From positions 19,127-83,126 of the IMG/VR virus record IMGVR_UViG_3300047508_000265: a stretch of DNA of 64,000 nucleotides, one strand, 5' to 3'. Positions 41,979-50,761 of this stretch are shown here, piece after piece (the first letter of the stretch is position 1; each line of letters begins with the position of its first letter). The stretch is from a virus. Position numbers and translations under genes: made by a program. A model generated the notes under the pieces. The model had not been told where the DNA came from, did no database searches, and saw only the letters and a list, made by a program, of their open reading frames with translations.

Positions 41979-42650
41979 ATGCACGACTACCTAGTCTTCT
42001 GTTCCACCCGCCACGGCCAAACGAATGCCGAGCTTGGCATCTACGGCGCTGATCGGAACTTCGATCTTTGCATTCATGACTATTCGAGTTGGGGCACAGA
42101 TCCACAGGAAAAGTTTAAACGATCAGAATATTGGTTTACTCGTCCAAAGGCTGAGAAGTTAGAAACGGCAGCTATGGTGCTTCCTCATTTGCCTGTAAGT
42201 TACAAGTACTATGCTTTTTTAGACGACGATCTTACGATTACAACTGACCAGCTTAATCGTTTGTTTCTTGTTGGTGATTCCCTTGGTCTCGATCTTTATC
42301 AACCGGCATTGACAGGAAATAGTTATGGCTCGTGGAAACATTTGTTTCAATATGAGCTTCCAAATTGTCCTGCTGTTCGGGATGTAGACTTTGTTGAGAT
42401 AATGATGCCTTTTATGAGCAAGGCGTTTTTAGACAAGCATATTGGAATGTTTGATTGCAACATTTCCGGTTGGGGCCTCGACCTGTATGATTGGGGCAAG
42501 GGCTATCTAGTAAATTCTATCGCCGTTGGACACTATCGTAAACCAGAAAGGCGTAATCGTATACTTCGCAACGGCCTCACACCTGCACAAGAACTTTGGA
42601 TAATGACTAAGATATACAACCCAGATGACTGTAGTTTGCCGCCATGTTAA
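41979..42650 (+). CDS. DUF707-like putative GT-A protein
   Basis: Y.Y..FLDDDL, LDL.QPALT, FVEIMMP.MS, GWGLD..W. Confidence 0.75.
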   Translation: MHDYLVFCSTRHGQTNAELGIYGADRNFDLCIHDYSSWGTDPQEKFKRSEYWFTRPKAEKLETAAMVLPHLPVSYKYYAFLDDDLTITTDQLNRLFLVGDSLGLDLYQPALTGNSYGSWKHLFQYELPNCPAVRDVDFVEIMMPFMSKAFLDKHIGMFDCNISGWGLDLYDWGKGYLVNSIAVGHYRKPERRNRILRNGLTPAQELWIMTKIYNPDDCSLPPC

Positions 42651-42864
42651 TGCCTTATCAAGACCCAGATGATTACGTGAGTTTTTTCGACCAACATACC
42701 TGTCGTTTTCATGAAATAGCTCCTGGCGAACCTTATGCTGGCTGCACATGCAGCACAGATTGGGGACAACGAAAGGCTACGCCGGAAGAGCGAGAAGCCA
42801 ATAGGAAGAGTCGTCTAGAGCGGGAAGAACGAAGAGCTAGGACTTATCGAGCAGTAGGATTTTT

Positions 42865-43647
42865 ATGCAGTCAGCCTTAGTCGTAGCTTGGCACAATCCA
42901 AAACAGATCGCCGAGTTTAAGGAGGCGTGGAAGATTCAGTCTGGTCACCAGGTCTATTTTCAGCAGGATAAGGACAAAGAGGGCTGTGCCGTAACGAAGA
43001 ACAAAGGAATTCGTCGAGCGTATGATGACGGCGCTGAGATGATCGTTGTTTTAGATGATGACTGTTATCCTAAAGACGAACACTATACTCTGCAGAATTT
43101 GTTTGAGGATTATGAATCCGCCTTGAAGCCGCAGAAGGTTTTGATGTATTATGCCATTACTCAGCCTCGTTCTCGTGGAACGCCGTATTTAAACCGGACT
43201 ATTCAAATGCCGGTTGCTGCGGCTTTGGGGTATGCTTTAAAGTTCCCAGATTTGGATGCCGCTTCTTCTTTGGTTCTCGGCAGCCAGATTGAGATTGGAA
43301 TGCTGAAACAACCAATACACGGAAGGTATTTTAGTGGTTGCGGAATGAATTTCGCCTTTCGTCGTGAATGGATTGATTGTGTTCAATTTATCAACATTCC
43401 CAGATTCGACGACATTTGGATGTTTTTAATCTTCCAGAAAATCGCCTACGCGAAAGGATTTTGTTTTTCTTTGGAAGGTCCTGATGTAATTCATCAGCGT
43501 CAATCCAACATTTGGAGAAATTTACAAGACGAAGTCAAATATCTTGAGATAAATGAAACTCTTTGGCAGACGATTCATGCTGCTCCTTCTTGCTTGTCCG
43601 CTTCGGAATTGAGGGATAAACTTTTTCTAAGTTATCCTCGAACATGA
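42865..43647 (+). CDS. GT75/RGP-like protein (UDP-arabinopyranose mutase family)
   Basis: LDDDCYP, RGTPY, PDLDA, CGMNFAFRRE, RFDDIW...K, H...SN...NL..E. Confidence 0.75.
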   Translation: MQSALVVAWHNPKQIAEFKEAWKIQSGHQVYFQQDKDKEGCAVTKNKGIRRAYDDGAEMIVVLDDDCYPKDEHYTLQNLFEDYESALKPQKVLMYYAITQPRSRGTPYLNRTIQMPVAAALGYALKFPDLDAASSLVLGSQIEIGMLKQPIHGRYFSGCGMNFAFRREWIDCVQFINIPRFDDIWMFLIFQKIAYAKGFCFSLEGPDVIHQRQSNIWRNLQDEVKYLEINETLWQTIHAAPSCLSASELRDKLFLSYPRT

Positions 43648-43790
43648 GTTAGTCTTGGATTTCGTTTCTTAGCGCCAGCACTCGCCTTACGAGAACTTGC
43701 GGCAAGGATTTTGTTTGCCGTTGCTTGTGAGTAATTTTCGCGTCTTGCGATCGATTGAGAGGCTTTCCGGAAACCTGGGTGCTTGTTCAT
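43632..43790 (-). CDS. 52-aa basic small protein (below ORF-track cutoff)
   Basis: MNKHPGFRKASQSIARRENYSQATANKILAASSRKASAGAKKRNPRLTHVRG. Confidence 0.6.
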   Translation of the reverse strand: MNKHPGFRKASQSIARRENYSQATANKILAASSRKASAGAKKRNPRLTHVRG

Positions 43791-43927
43791 ATTGAGGGAA
43801 GCACGGGCGGATCAAGTTTATATACAATGAAAATTGTAATTAAAGAAGCCAGCCATATTCGGAAGGTTTCGCAATAAACTTGTCTAAACGGAATTTTCCA
43901 ATAATCTTTTATCATGTGTTTACTTTC

Positions 43928-44000
43928 TCGGGTTGGCAAGATTCGAACTTGCGATCTGATGCTCCCAAGGCATCCGCGCTGGCCGCTACGCTACAACCCG
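43928..44000 (-). tRNA. tRNA-Pro (anticodon UGG), CCA not encoded
   Basis: Acceptor CGGGUUG/CAACCCG, anticodon stem GAUGC/GCAUC with loop CUUGGGA, T-arm GCAAG-UUCGAAU-CUUGC. Confidence 0.93.
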
Positions 44001-44132
44001 AGGAAGGAAACCCTCGGTTGCATCCGGGCGGCAATGGTTGTGTCTTGAGTTCGCGCATAAGATTAGGATCGGGTTCTGAGCCCATTTGTCTAGACATTTC
44101 TTTTAGGAATAAATTTTCGAATGTTTCTCGGT

Positions 44133-44561
44133 TCACAGTCCTAGTTTTTGCAGAACTTCTTGAACAGTCCTGTCCGTTAACTCATTCATGCGGACGTCAT
44201 CGTCTGCGTCATCGTCGTCCTGCGTGAGTTCTTTCAAGTGATCTTGAGCCGCTTTCGCGCGCGCTTCTAACTCCACCAGAACTGCACGACTTTCGCGTGT
44301 GCGCGTGGTCGGGTCGGAATTGAGTTCGCTTGTGAAATGCTCCAATAGCACTGTGAGCGCCCATACATCGTCGGCAGCTTTAATAATTTCGTCGTCTTGG
44401 CGCGAATCTTCTGCGATCCATCCGCGAAGGAAGCCGATGCCTGCTGTGTTTTCAATTCGAGTGAACTCGCCTGCGTGAATCAGATTGTCTCTCGCGTTTT
44501 TACGCTCTGCTTTTCTATCATGGCCTTCCGGTTGTAGTATGCTGCCTGTTTGTTCGCTCAT
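44133..44561 (-). CDS. Hypothetical helical protein
   Basis: 142-aa ATG ORF in the leftward block. Confidence 0.65.
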   Translation of the reverse strand: MSEQTGSILQPEGHDRKAERKNARDNLIHAGEFTRIENTAGIGFLRGWIAEDSRQDDEIIKAADDVWALTVLLEHFTSELNSDPTTRTRESRAVLVELEARAKAAQDHLKELTQDDDDADDDVRMNELTDRTVQEVLQKLGL

Positions 44562-44914
44562 ATTAGCACCAAGTTATATAAGTATTCATCCAAATTGGAT
44601 TTGGGTATGGATTGAAAGGAGGCGGATCGTAGGGCCCTCTTCCGCAATAAGGGCTTCGACCGCAGTGCGGACAGATATGCTGGTTTGGGGTATTTGTGAT
44701 AGTGGTGGAATCCACTTTTACATCGCTGCCAGTTGTAGTATTCATTTACAAGTTTCTGGTGTACAAGGTATCATAATACTTTTAAGACCGCAAACAATAA
44801 GACAACGCCCGCAAATTAAGTTTTTCCCATCCATCATTGGTTGTGGGTGTTCACAGTCATAAGGGCAGTGAGCATGCCAGCAATTGTGTTCTTCATACCA
44901 TTCATATTTACTCA

Positions 44915-45763
44915 TTAACCAATACCAATAAAATTATCTTCGCTTTCCTCCACCAAGGCGCGCATTCTTTCTATATCGCCGAAAGCAGCAGAATATCTGC
45001 CTGCTAAATGACCGTTGCTTTCCGCCACAGGCTGGCCTTCCCAAACTCGATCTTTATACTCAACCCACGGCAGAGTGCCAGATTTGCATAGCATCGGATG
45101 CCAGAGATGAAGAACCTGATTAGGCGTTGTTTTATGCCGCCAGTAGAGCATGTCGGTTGCGCGCATTGCGGAGTGATCTTCGCCGCCCCAGCCGCGAAAT
45201 CTGCGATCCCAACAATGAAAAGCTTCTCGGGGTATAATTTGGATCATAGCGCCATACCAGTGTCCATGTTTTGATCCGGACCAATGATGGCGGTGATGAT
45301 GGTGATGATGCCCGTGTTCATCTTCATCGATTTCATGAGGAGGTGTCGGAAATTGATAGGGGCAACAGGGATCGGAGTCTAGAACGCGTTGGGAAGCGGC
45401 ATCGGTTAATCTAAAGAATTTTCGGTAAGGGACGAACCATATACGCTTGTTACGACGTCTTGCTCGTCTTATCTCCTCGGCACATTTCAGGACGACGTCA
45501 GCGTCGATATAACAATCCACATCCACGATGATAAAGATATCGCCTGTAGCTCTCTTAGCACCGTCATTTACAGCTACTGATTTGGAAAACGGACGCCACC
45601 ATCTACGATCTTGCCCTCGAATAATTTGGGCTCCCGGCAGTTGGCATTTCCAATACTTTTTCATCCATCGGAAATTTTCGTCCTGACGTTTAAATTTCTT
45701 GGATCGCCTGAACGGGATGATGATCGACAATCCGTGACCTTTTCTATGGTTGCTAAAGATCAT
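44915..45763 (-). CDS. GT2/GT7-like glycosyltransferase with poly-His insert
   Basis: SIIIPFR, FSKS.A.N.G, IIVDVD, D.RF.GWGGED, HLWH; ATG 45763 overlaps the end of the upstream gene. Confidence 0.85.
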   Translation of the reverse strand: MIFSNHRKGHGLSIIIPFRRSKKFKRQDENFRWMKKYWKCQLPGAQIIRGQDRRWWRPFSKSVAVNDGAKRATGDIFIIVDVDCYIDADVVLKCAEEIRRARRRNKRIWFVPYRKFFRLTDAASQRVLDSDPCCPYQFPTPPHEIDEDEHGHHHHHHRHHWSGSKHGHWYGAMIQIIPREAFHCWDRRFRGWGGEDHSAMRATDMLYWRHKTTPNQVLHLWHPMLCKSGTLPWVEYKDRVWEGQPVAESNGHLAGRYSAAFGDIERMRALVEESEDNFIGIG

Positions 45764-46538
45764 GTAGTTCCTTTTCCAAGATTTTGTAGGCATCGAATAT
45801 CGCAAAACGCGTATCTTCTATTGGCCATCTTGAAGGTTCAGTCATTTTTCCAGGTTCAAAAGGGGTATTTATAGAGGCGCTGTAGTCGCGGAATTTGAAG
45901 TCATAGCCTTCAGTTGTGTTAAGCAACTTAGGCGACATTTCAACTCGGCGAGGAATTGCAAAGGCATCCGCGGTAATCATGCCGTGTAGCGAGGAGGTTA
46001 CAATTCGCCTGCAGGCACCGATCTCTCTTAGAATTGTAAGAGGATCACCTCTTGGGCTAATTACTTGTATGGTAGGGTGAGTGCCGAATGAACGAAACAT
46101 CTGGATAAATCGTGGAACCAACTCATCGTCTTTCCAATGAGGTACGATTCCCAGGTCCCATTTCTTCTCTTGCCACCCAACTAGTTCATCTGCTAAGAGG
46201 CCAGGATCGCCGAGGGCGAAGTTTCCTTTTACACCATGAGCAGAGAGCGGGCCGCGCAGAGCTAGGATTGTAGCGTTTGATAATTCAATATTAGAATTTT
46301 CTTTCAGCCTGCCTGCGCCGCAGATGTAGCCGGTCCATTTGGGAGGAAGGTGTTCTAGGACGGAGCCAACTGTTATGATAGAGGCATCGCCTATGGCGCC
46401 CCATTCAAGATCGGCATCGCAAAAGTGGTCTAGTAACAAAGGCGCCAGGGCATCTCCGAAGTTACTAACTCCCTTCCACCAGTAGGCTTTGAGAGAGGCT
46501 AAAGGTAGGCCAGGAATGATAGGTCTGACGTTTGACAT
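45753..46538 (-). CDS. Polysaccharide pyruvyl transferase family protein
   Basis: NFGD.L.P, GSVL, RGPLS, GDPGLL, GIVPH, SSLHG..I.ADA. Confidence 0.88.
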   Translation of the reverse strand: MSNVRPIIPGLPLASLKAYWWKGVSNFGDALAPLLLDHFCDADLEWGAIGDASIITVGSVLEHLPPKWTGYICGAGRLKENSNIELSNATILALRGPLSAHGVKGNFALGDPGLLADELVGWQEKKWDLGIVPHWKDDELVPRFIQMFRSFGTHPTIQVISPRGDPLTILREIGACRRIVTSSLHGMITADAFAIPRRVEMSPKLLNTTEGYDFKFRDYSASINTPFEPGKMTEPSRWPIEDTRFAIFDAYKILEKELHDL

Positions 46539-46559
46539 AGCAGAATAATAACATAAAAT
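46532..46559 (+). promoter_or_regulatory. Promoter TTGACA-N16-TAAAAT, leaderless; overlaps a divergent extended -10 (TGTTATTAT) for the pyruvyl transferase
   Basis: 7 nt from the -10 to ATG 46567; on the minus strand 6 nt from TATTAT to ATG 46538. Confidence 0.6.
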
Positions 46560-46566
46560 TTTCTGC

Positions 46567-46758
46567 ATGCCAGCAGTATCAAAGAAACAACAGCATTTAA
46601 TGGCGGCTGCTGAACATGGAGCAAATTTTCCCATGGCCAGAAAAGTTCGCCAAAGTATGACACATCAACAGATGCATGATTTTGCATCTACATCAACGAA
46701 AGGATTGTCTAACAAAAAGAAGAAACGAGGCCCTATGTCGGATTACGAAATGCCTTAA
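46567..46758 (+). CDS. DUF3008-like small basic protein
   Basis: MPA.SK.QQ..M.AA...SM......DFAST..KGL. Confidence 0.7.
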   Translation: MPAVSKKQQHLMAAAEHGANFPMARKVRQSMTHQQMHDFASTSTKGLSNKKKKRGPMSDYEMP

Positions 46759-47110
46759 AATATTTCGCATGTTCGGGTCGGGGTCTGCCTGCGTGTCCTT
46801 TGCGGTGGCAGTTGGCACAAATAACTACACATTTCTTAGCTTCTTTTCTTGCTGAGTATGGGGAGCGTATTTGGTTTATACATTGAGTTTTTCCATTTCT
46901 AAATCTTTTCTTTGTTGCAGGATTTATATGGTGGAGGTCTAAACAGACAATATCTGATTCGCCGCAAGTGCACGGATTGTTTTGTTTAATTTCGTTAATA
47001 AATTTTTTTCGTTTTTCATAACGGCGTTGGTTTTCTCGTTGTTTTTGTTCTAAATATTTATCACGATGTTTATGTCGCCATCGTAGGGTTTGTTCATAGG
47101 TACTTGGCAT
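46733..47110 (-). CDS. HNH endonuclease
   Basis: CTCGE...CLDLHH.NP..K...E..KC..ICANCHRK.H; own promoter TTGACC-N17-TAGGGT at 47144-47116. Confidence 0.85.
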   Translation of the reverse strand: MPSTYEQTLRWRHKHRDKYLEQKQRENQRRYEKRKKFINEIKQNNPCTCGESDIVCLDLHHINPATKKRFRNGKTQCINQIRSPYSARKEAKKCVVICANCHRKGHAGRPRPEHAKYFKAFRNPT

Positions 47111-47451
47111 ATTTTACCCTATCATTGAAGCAGGGGTAGGTCAAATTATTTTTACTAGGATTTTGTTGTATGGGTGGTAAGCGCTCGTAGCGACCACCTA
47201 TTAAGGGGTCTGACGGCGACACGGGTAGGTCTCTGATTCCCTGCACCACTGACTCCATGTAGCTTTTGATAGGACTGTGACAAGATAGAGCCAGACGCAT
47301 GATGCACCGAGTCAAGGCTATCAAGTCCGTGAGCAACGATTGCACCGACAGAAGCTTGTAGCGGTGCGTAGCTTGAACCGTGAGTGTGTTGCCATGTGAT
47401 TACGCTACAGAGTTACAATCCAAACATTGCGCCACTGATTCTGTGATGCAA

Positions 47452-47888
47452 TGCGACAAGGCAGCAAGGCGAAAAGTCGTAAGAAACCTTGAGCGGGAGT
47501 CTGTAAGTCTTGAAGGCAAGCCCGACACGCTAAGCTCAAGTTAATGAGTGCGATGCCGCGAATAAGCCGATACAAAGTCGATCAGTAATACCACATTGCG
47601 TTGGCTGTAACGTAGCCATAGCATCTCATCATCACGAGACTTATTGCAATTCAGGTATGACCAATACACACCGGAACGAGTGTTAGTCGCAAGGCTAAGG
47701 TTAAAGGTTGATAACGTTAAAACACTAACAGAGACGAAGCATCGACTAGATGCATAAACGAATTGCTCGACTAGGGCAAACAAACGATTTAAAAGTCTCT
47801 TAACTCTGGAGCGCACCGTATCGCGGTGCGCTCTTAGACAATGCTGCGAAATGATGCTGGCCAAACGGCAAAGCGCGCGGCATTGGTT
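47452..47888 (+). ncRNA. Long highly structured non-coding leader before the first early gene
   Basis: Series of stems including CUUGAGC/GCUCAAG, UGGCUG/UAGCCA, UUAGUC-GCAA-GGCUAA, twin GACUA-loop hairpins, GAGCGCACCG/CGGUGCGCUC and CAAUGCUGCG/CGCGGCAUUG. Confidence 0.5.
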
Positions 47889-47898
47889 AGGATAACAT

Positions 47899-48444
47899 AT
47901 GGAAACACAAAGTAATGATGCAACGTTCGCTAATCCGAACGCAACGTTGAAGGAAATTAATGTTGCGGCGAAAGAGCGGGCGCTTGTTAAATTGGACGCA
48001 CCACGCGAAAAGCTATCCGAATTGGTTGCAAAAGACGTAACCTATAACGGTGCTTTTCAAGTGGACAAGCGCACCGGCGGGACTGGTAAAGCAGTCGGCG
48101 CTGTGTCTTATGTTGCAGCCAAGATGAACTTGTCTGTGACTAAGGATACGACAATCGCCGAGCTTCGCAAGAACTACGATAAGGATACGATCAAGTCGCA
48201 CCTTGTTGCGTTAAAGTCAGCGAAAGTTCTTCGCACAGTCCACTCCCGTCAAGTGTGGGCGTTGATCGGTCAAGATCAAAACTACACGTTGACGGTTAAA
48301 GGTAAGGTCAACAAAAAGGGTGAGTTCACTGGATTCTCCGGGAACGCCCGTTTCCTCAAGCCAGAGGCAGCAAAGAAAATGTCGAAAGACGCAACGATTG
48401 CGTTCTTGCAATCGAAGTTGGCAGCAGCGGGAATTGCAGTTTAG
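47899..48444 (+). CDS. First early-block protein, basic, function unknown
   Basis: 181-aa ORF with AGGA upstream. Confidence 0.75.
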   Translation: METQSNDATFANPNATLKEINVAAKERALVKLDAPREKLSELVAKDVTYNGAFQVDKRTGGTGKAVGAVSYVAAKMNLSVTKDTTIAELRKNYDKDTIKSHLVALKSAKVLRTVHSRQVWALIGQDQNYTLTVKGKVNKKGEFTGFSGNARFLKPEAAKKMSKDATIAFLQSKLAAAGIAV

Positions 48445-48875
48445 TTTCGACTGATTGGCCAGTCATTCGACCTCTGCTACAGTGATGCATTGCGTCCCTG
48501 TAGCAAGGTCGCATGATAAGCGGAAGTGCGTGTCCAGTCAAAACTATCGAAACTAACTGGCGAAATAAGAAGTCGAGCGCACTTCGTAATTTCTCTTGCA
48601 CCCCTGACATCTTGACTCAGTGCTACAGGAAAGCAGGGAATCAATTTCTAGTGCAGATATCGCGCTAGACGCGGCACGGACGTGAGTCCTAATTTTGCTT
48701 GAGTATAGCGGGGCAGTCCGTGTCGCCTTTACTTTATGAAACAACTAATGACAGACTTGGCAGAGGGAGCAATCTCCGTTGCTACCTTCTACCTTGAAGC
48801 AAAAATGCAAGGCTACAGTGAAGTAGAGATTCGCTTGGCTCTTGATATCGTAGAATAGAGAACACCACTTCTACG

Positions 48876-48895
48876 TGTAGTCACATGTGACTACA
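48876..48895. repeat. Perfect 20-bp palindrome TGTAGTCACATGTGACTACA
   Basis: Direct inspection. Confidence 0.9.
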
Positions 48896-48911
48896 TAGCG
48901 TGAAGAATCAC

Positions 48912-49048
48912 ATTACAATTCTGTAATGATTGGTGCGTGTTGAATCCTAGAAGTAAGAACACGAATCATGGCGTGATAACGTCGATCTCAAGTGCTAGGC
49001 ATCAAGGCGAGACGTTAAGCACACCAGCCAACATTACAGAATTGTAAT
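48912..49048. repeat. 17-bp perfect inverted repeat ATTACAATTCTGTAATG (48912-48928) / CATTACAGAATTGTAAT (49032-49048)
   Basis: Direct inspection; each arm is itself quasi-palindromic. Confidence 0.9.
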
Positions 49049-49278
49049 AAATCAATTTATGAGATACCTCATAATGCAAGGCGACCACTTCAAAATGGAG
49101 TCATTGCCTGCGCGTGAATCGCGCGAAGAAGCACAAGCGGAAGCTGAGCGTTTGAATCAGCTTCTTGAAAAACCCAAACATCGTTGGGACGGCTCATGTC
49201 GTGAACGGTATTGGGTAAAAGAAATAGTTTAAGGCATCCCTGATTCACTGTGTCAGTGCAGCAGGGATTCACAGAACC

Positions 49279-49707
49279 ATGAACACAAGTCAGTCCTATG
49301 TTCACGTAGGACAAATCCTGACAGAAATCGTGGACATTCAGGAGTGGGAGAAACTTCCGGAAGAAGATCGTGAACTGGCTAACGGATGGTCAGAGCCGCG
49401 AAAAATCCGTGCAGCAGTAGGCGAAACTCCGGTTTCGTTATTCATTCTCGCCCACGAGTGCGGCCATGTATTTCACGGCCACCCAAGCACAGAATTTGAT
49501 TGGGGCAAGGCATCCAATAAGTGGGAGTGGGAAGCAACACAATGGGCGCTTTGCATGCTTCGCCAGTGTGGCGCCCCAATCACTAAAGAAATAAAAGATT
49601 TCGCCAAAGGCTGTTTGCTAGGTTATGTGCAGGATGCTGAGAAGTATGGGCACACAATCAAGCCGCGAATTAAGCGCTTTATTCGTGGTGTAAAAGCAGT
49701 TAGATAG
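49279..49707 (+). CDS. HExxH metallopeptidase-like protein (ImmA/IrrE-like)
   Basis: FILAHECGHVFHGH...E.EA..WA. Confidence 0.65.
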   Translation: MNTSQSYVHVGQILTEIVDIQEWEKLPEEDRELANGWSEPRKIRAAVGETPVSLFILAHECGHVFHGHPSTEFDWGKASNKWEWEATQWALCMLRQCGAPITKEIKDFAKGCLLGYVQDAEKYGHTIKPRIKRFIRGVKAVR

Positions 49708-50090
49708 AATTTATGAAAACACACATGTGCGGAAATTGGGGCATGACTTTATGTGGTAAAGATGGTTGGGCTCCTCATTTTTGGTCAAGTTGGAGCAATC
49801 CTGACTCGCTTAAGTCAACCATAAACAAAAAGAAAGTCACATGCAAATCATGTTTACGAAAATTGAAATAACACTCGCAATCGCCGATGTTCTTCTCTGG
49901 ACATGGGCGTTGTGGCCTATTTTATGAAAACAAAAACAAAGCAACTACTTATAAAGTTGCAGGAAATAGCCGACGATTGCGATGATGTTAGTAGAAGCGC
50001 TGTGGTGCAACATGCAGAAAGCCGAACTTGGAAGTCTGTTGCAGCTAGACTTCGCGCTATAATCGCCGAATTCAAGAAATAGTTTGCAAA

Positions 50091-50150
50091 CGTGGTGCAA
50101 CGGGCGCAGTCGTGCGATTAAACCACGGCTGAAAGCGCCATTGCACCACG
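50091..50150 (+). other. Intergenic long hairpin, copy 1 (CGTGGTGCA...CGCCATTGCACCACG)
   Basis: Same stem sequence as 50707-50761. Confidence 0.7.
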
Positions 50151-50706
50151 ACACTTTATGAGATTGATCAAATGGCTAAGGTGGAGATATAACCATCATT
50201 TCAAATACCATTGCACACATCCCAAAAACTGTGAGTTTTGTGGGTGGTGCGGCATGGGTCATTGATACACTCGCCTTGGCCTCCGGTCGCTCCGGCAATA
50301 CTATCGCGTGAGTGAGACGTAGCTCAGTGGTATGCCGCTGAGCTACGATACTTTTATGAAACCAACACAAGAAGACATAATCAAATATGCCTCGCAGCAT
50401 ACACGTCTGATTGTAGATGTGGATTGCTACGGGGCACCAATAGAAATCATTGTTCAGAAGCAATTAAACGATGGTGAGTTGTTTCAGGCAGGCATTGGTT
50501 GGGGTGTTCGATGGTTTAAGACTAATCAGGTAGATATTCTCGCCATGTTGCCGCCACCTGTGCCAAGGCCGGTGCCAGCATTTCTTTATTCCAAACCGGA
50601 AAAGAAACGCAGGAAGAAAAATGATAAAAGCAATCCGTGATTGGTGGCAGTTGCGGCGATTTGCGCGGTTATGCCGCAGGTGCAAACATTTTAAGTTCCG
50701 TTAACG

Positions 50707-50761
50707 CGTGGTGCAGTGGAATGCCGCAAAGGGCTTTGTTAGCCGACGCCATTGCATCACG
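50707..50761 (+). other. Intergenic long hairpin, copy 2 (CGTGGTGCA...CGCCATTGCATCACG)
   Basis: Same stem sequence as 50091-50150, different loop. Confidence 0.7.

Noticed and set aside
43928-44000. tRNA as attP/prophage boundary
   Set aside because: No integrase, no duplicated tRNA 3' end, and phage genes on both sides
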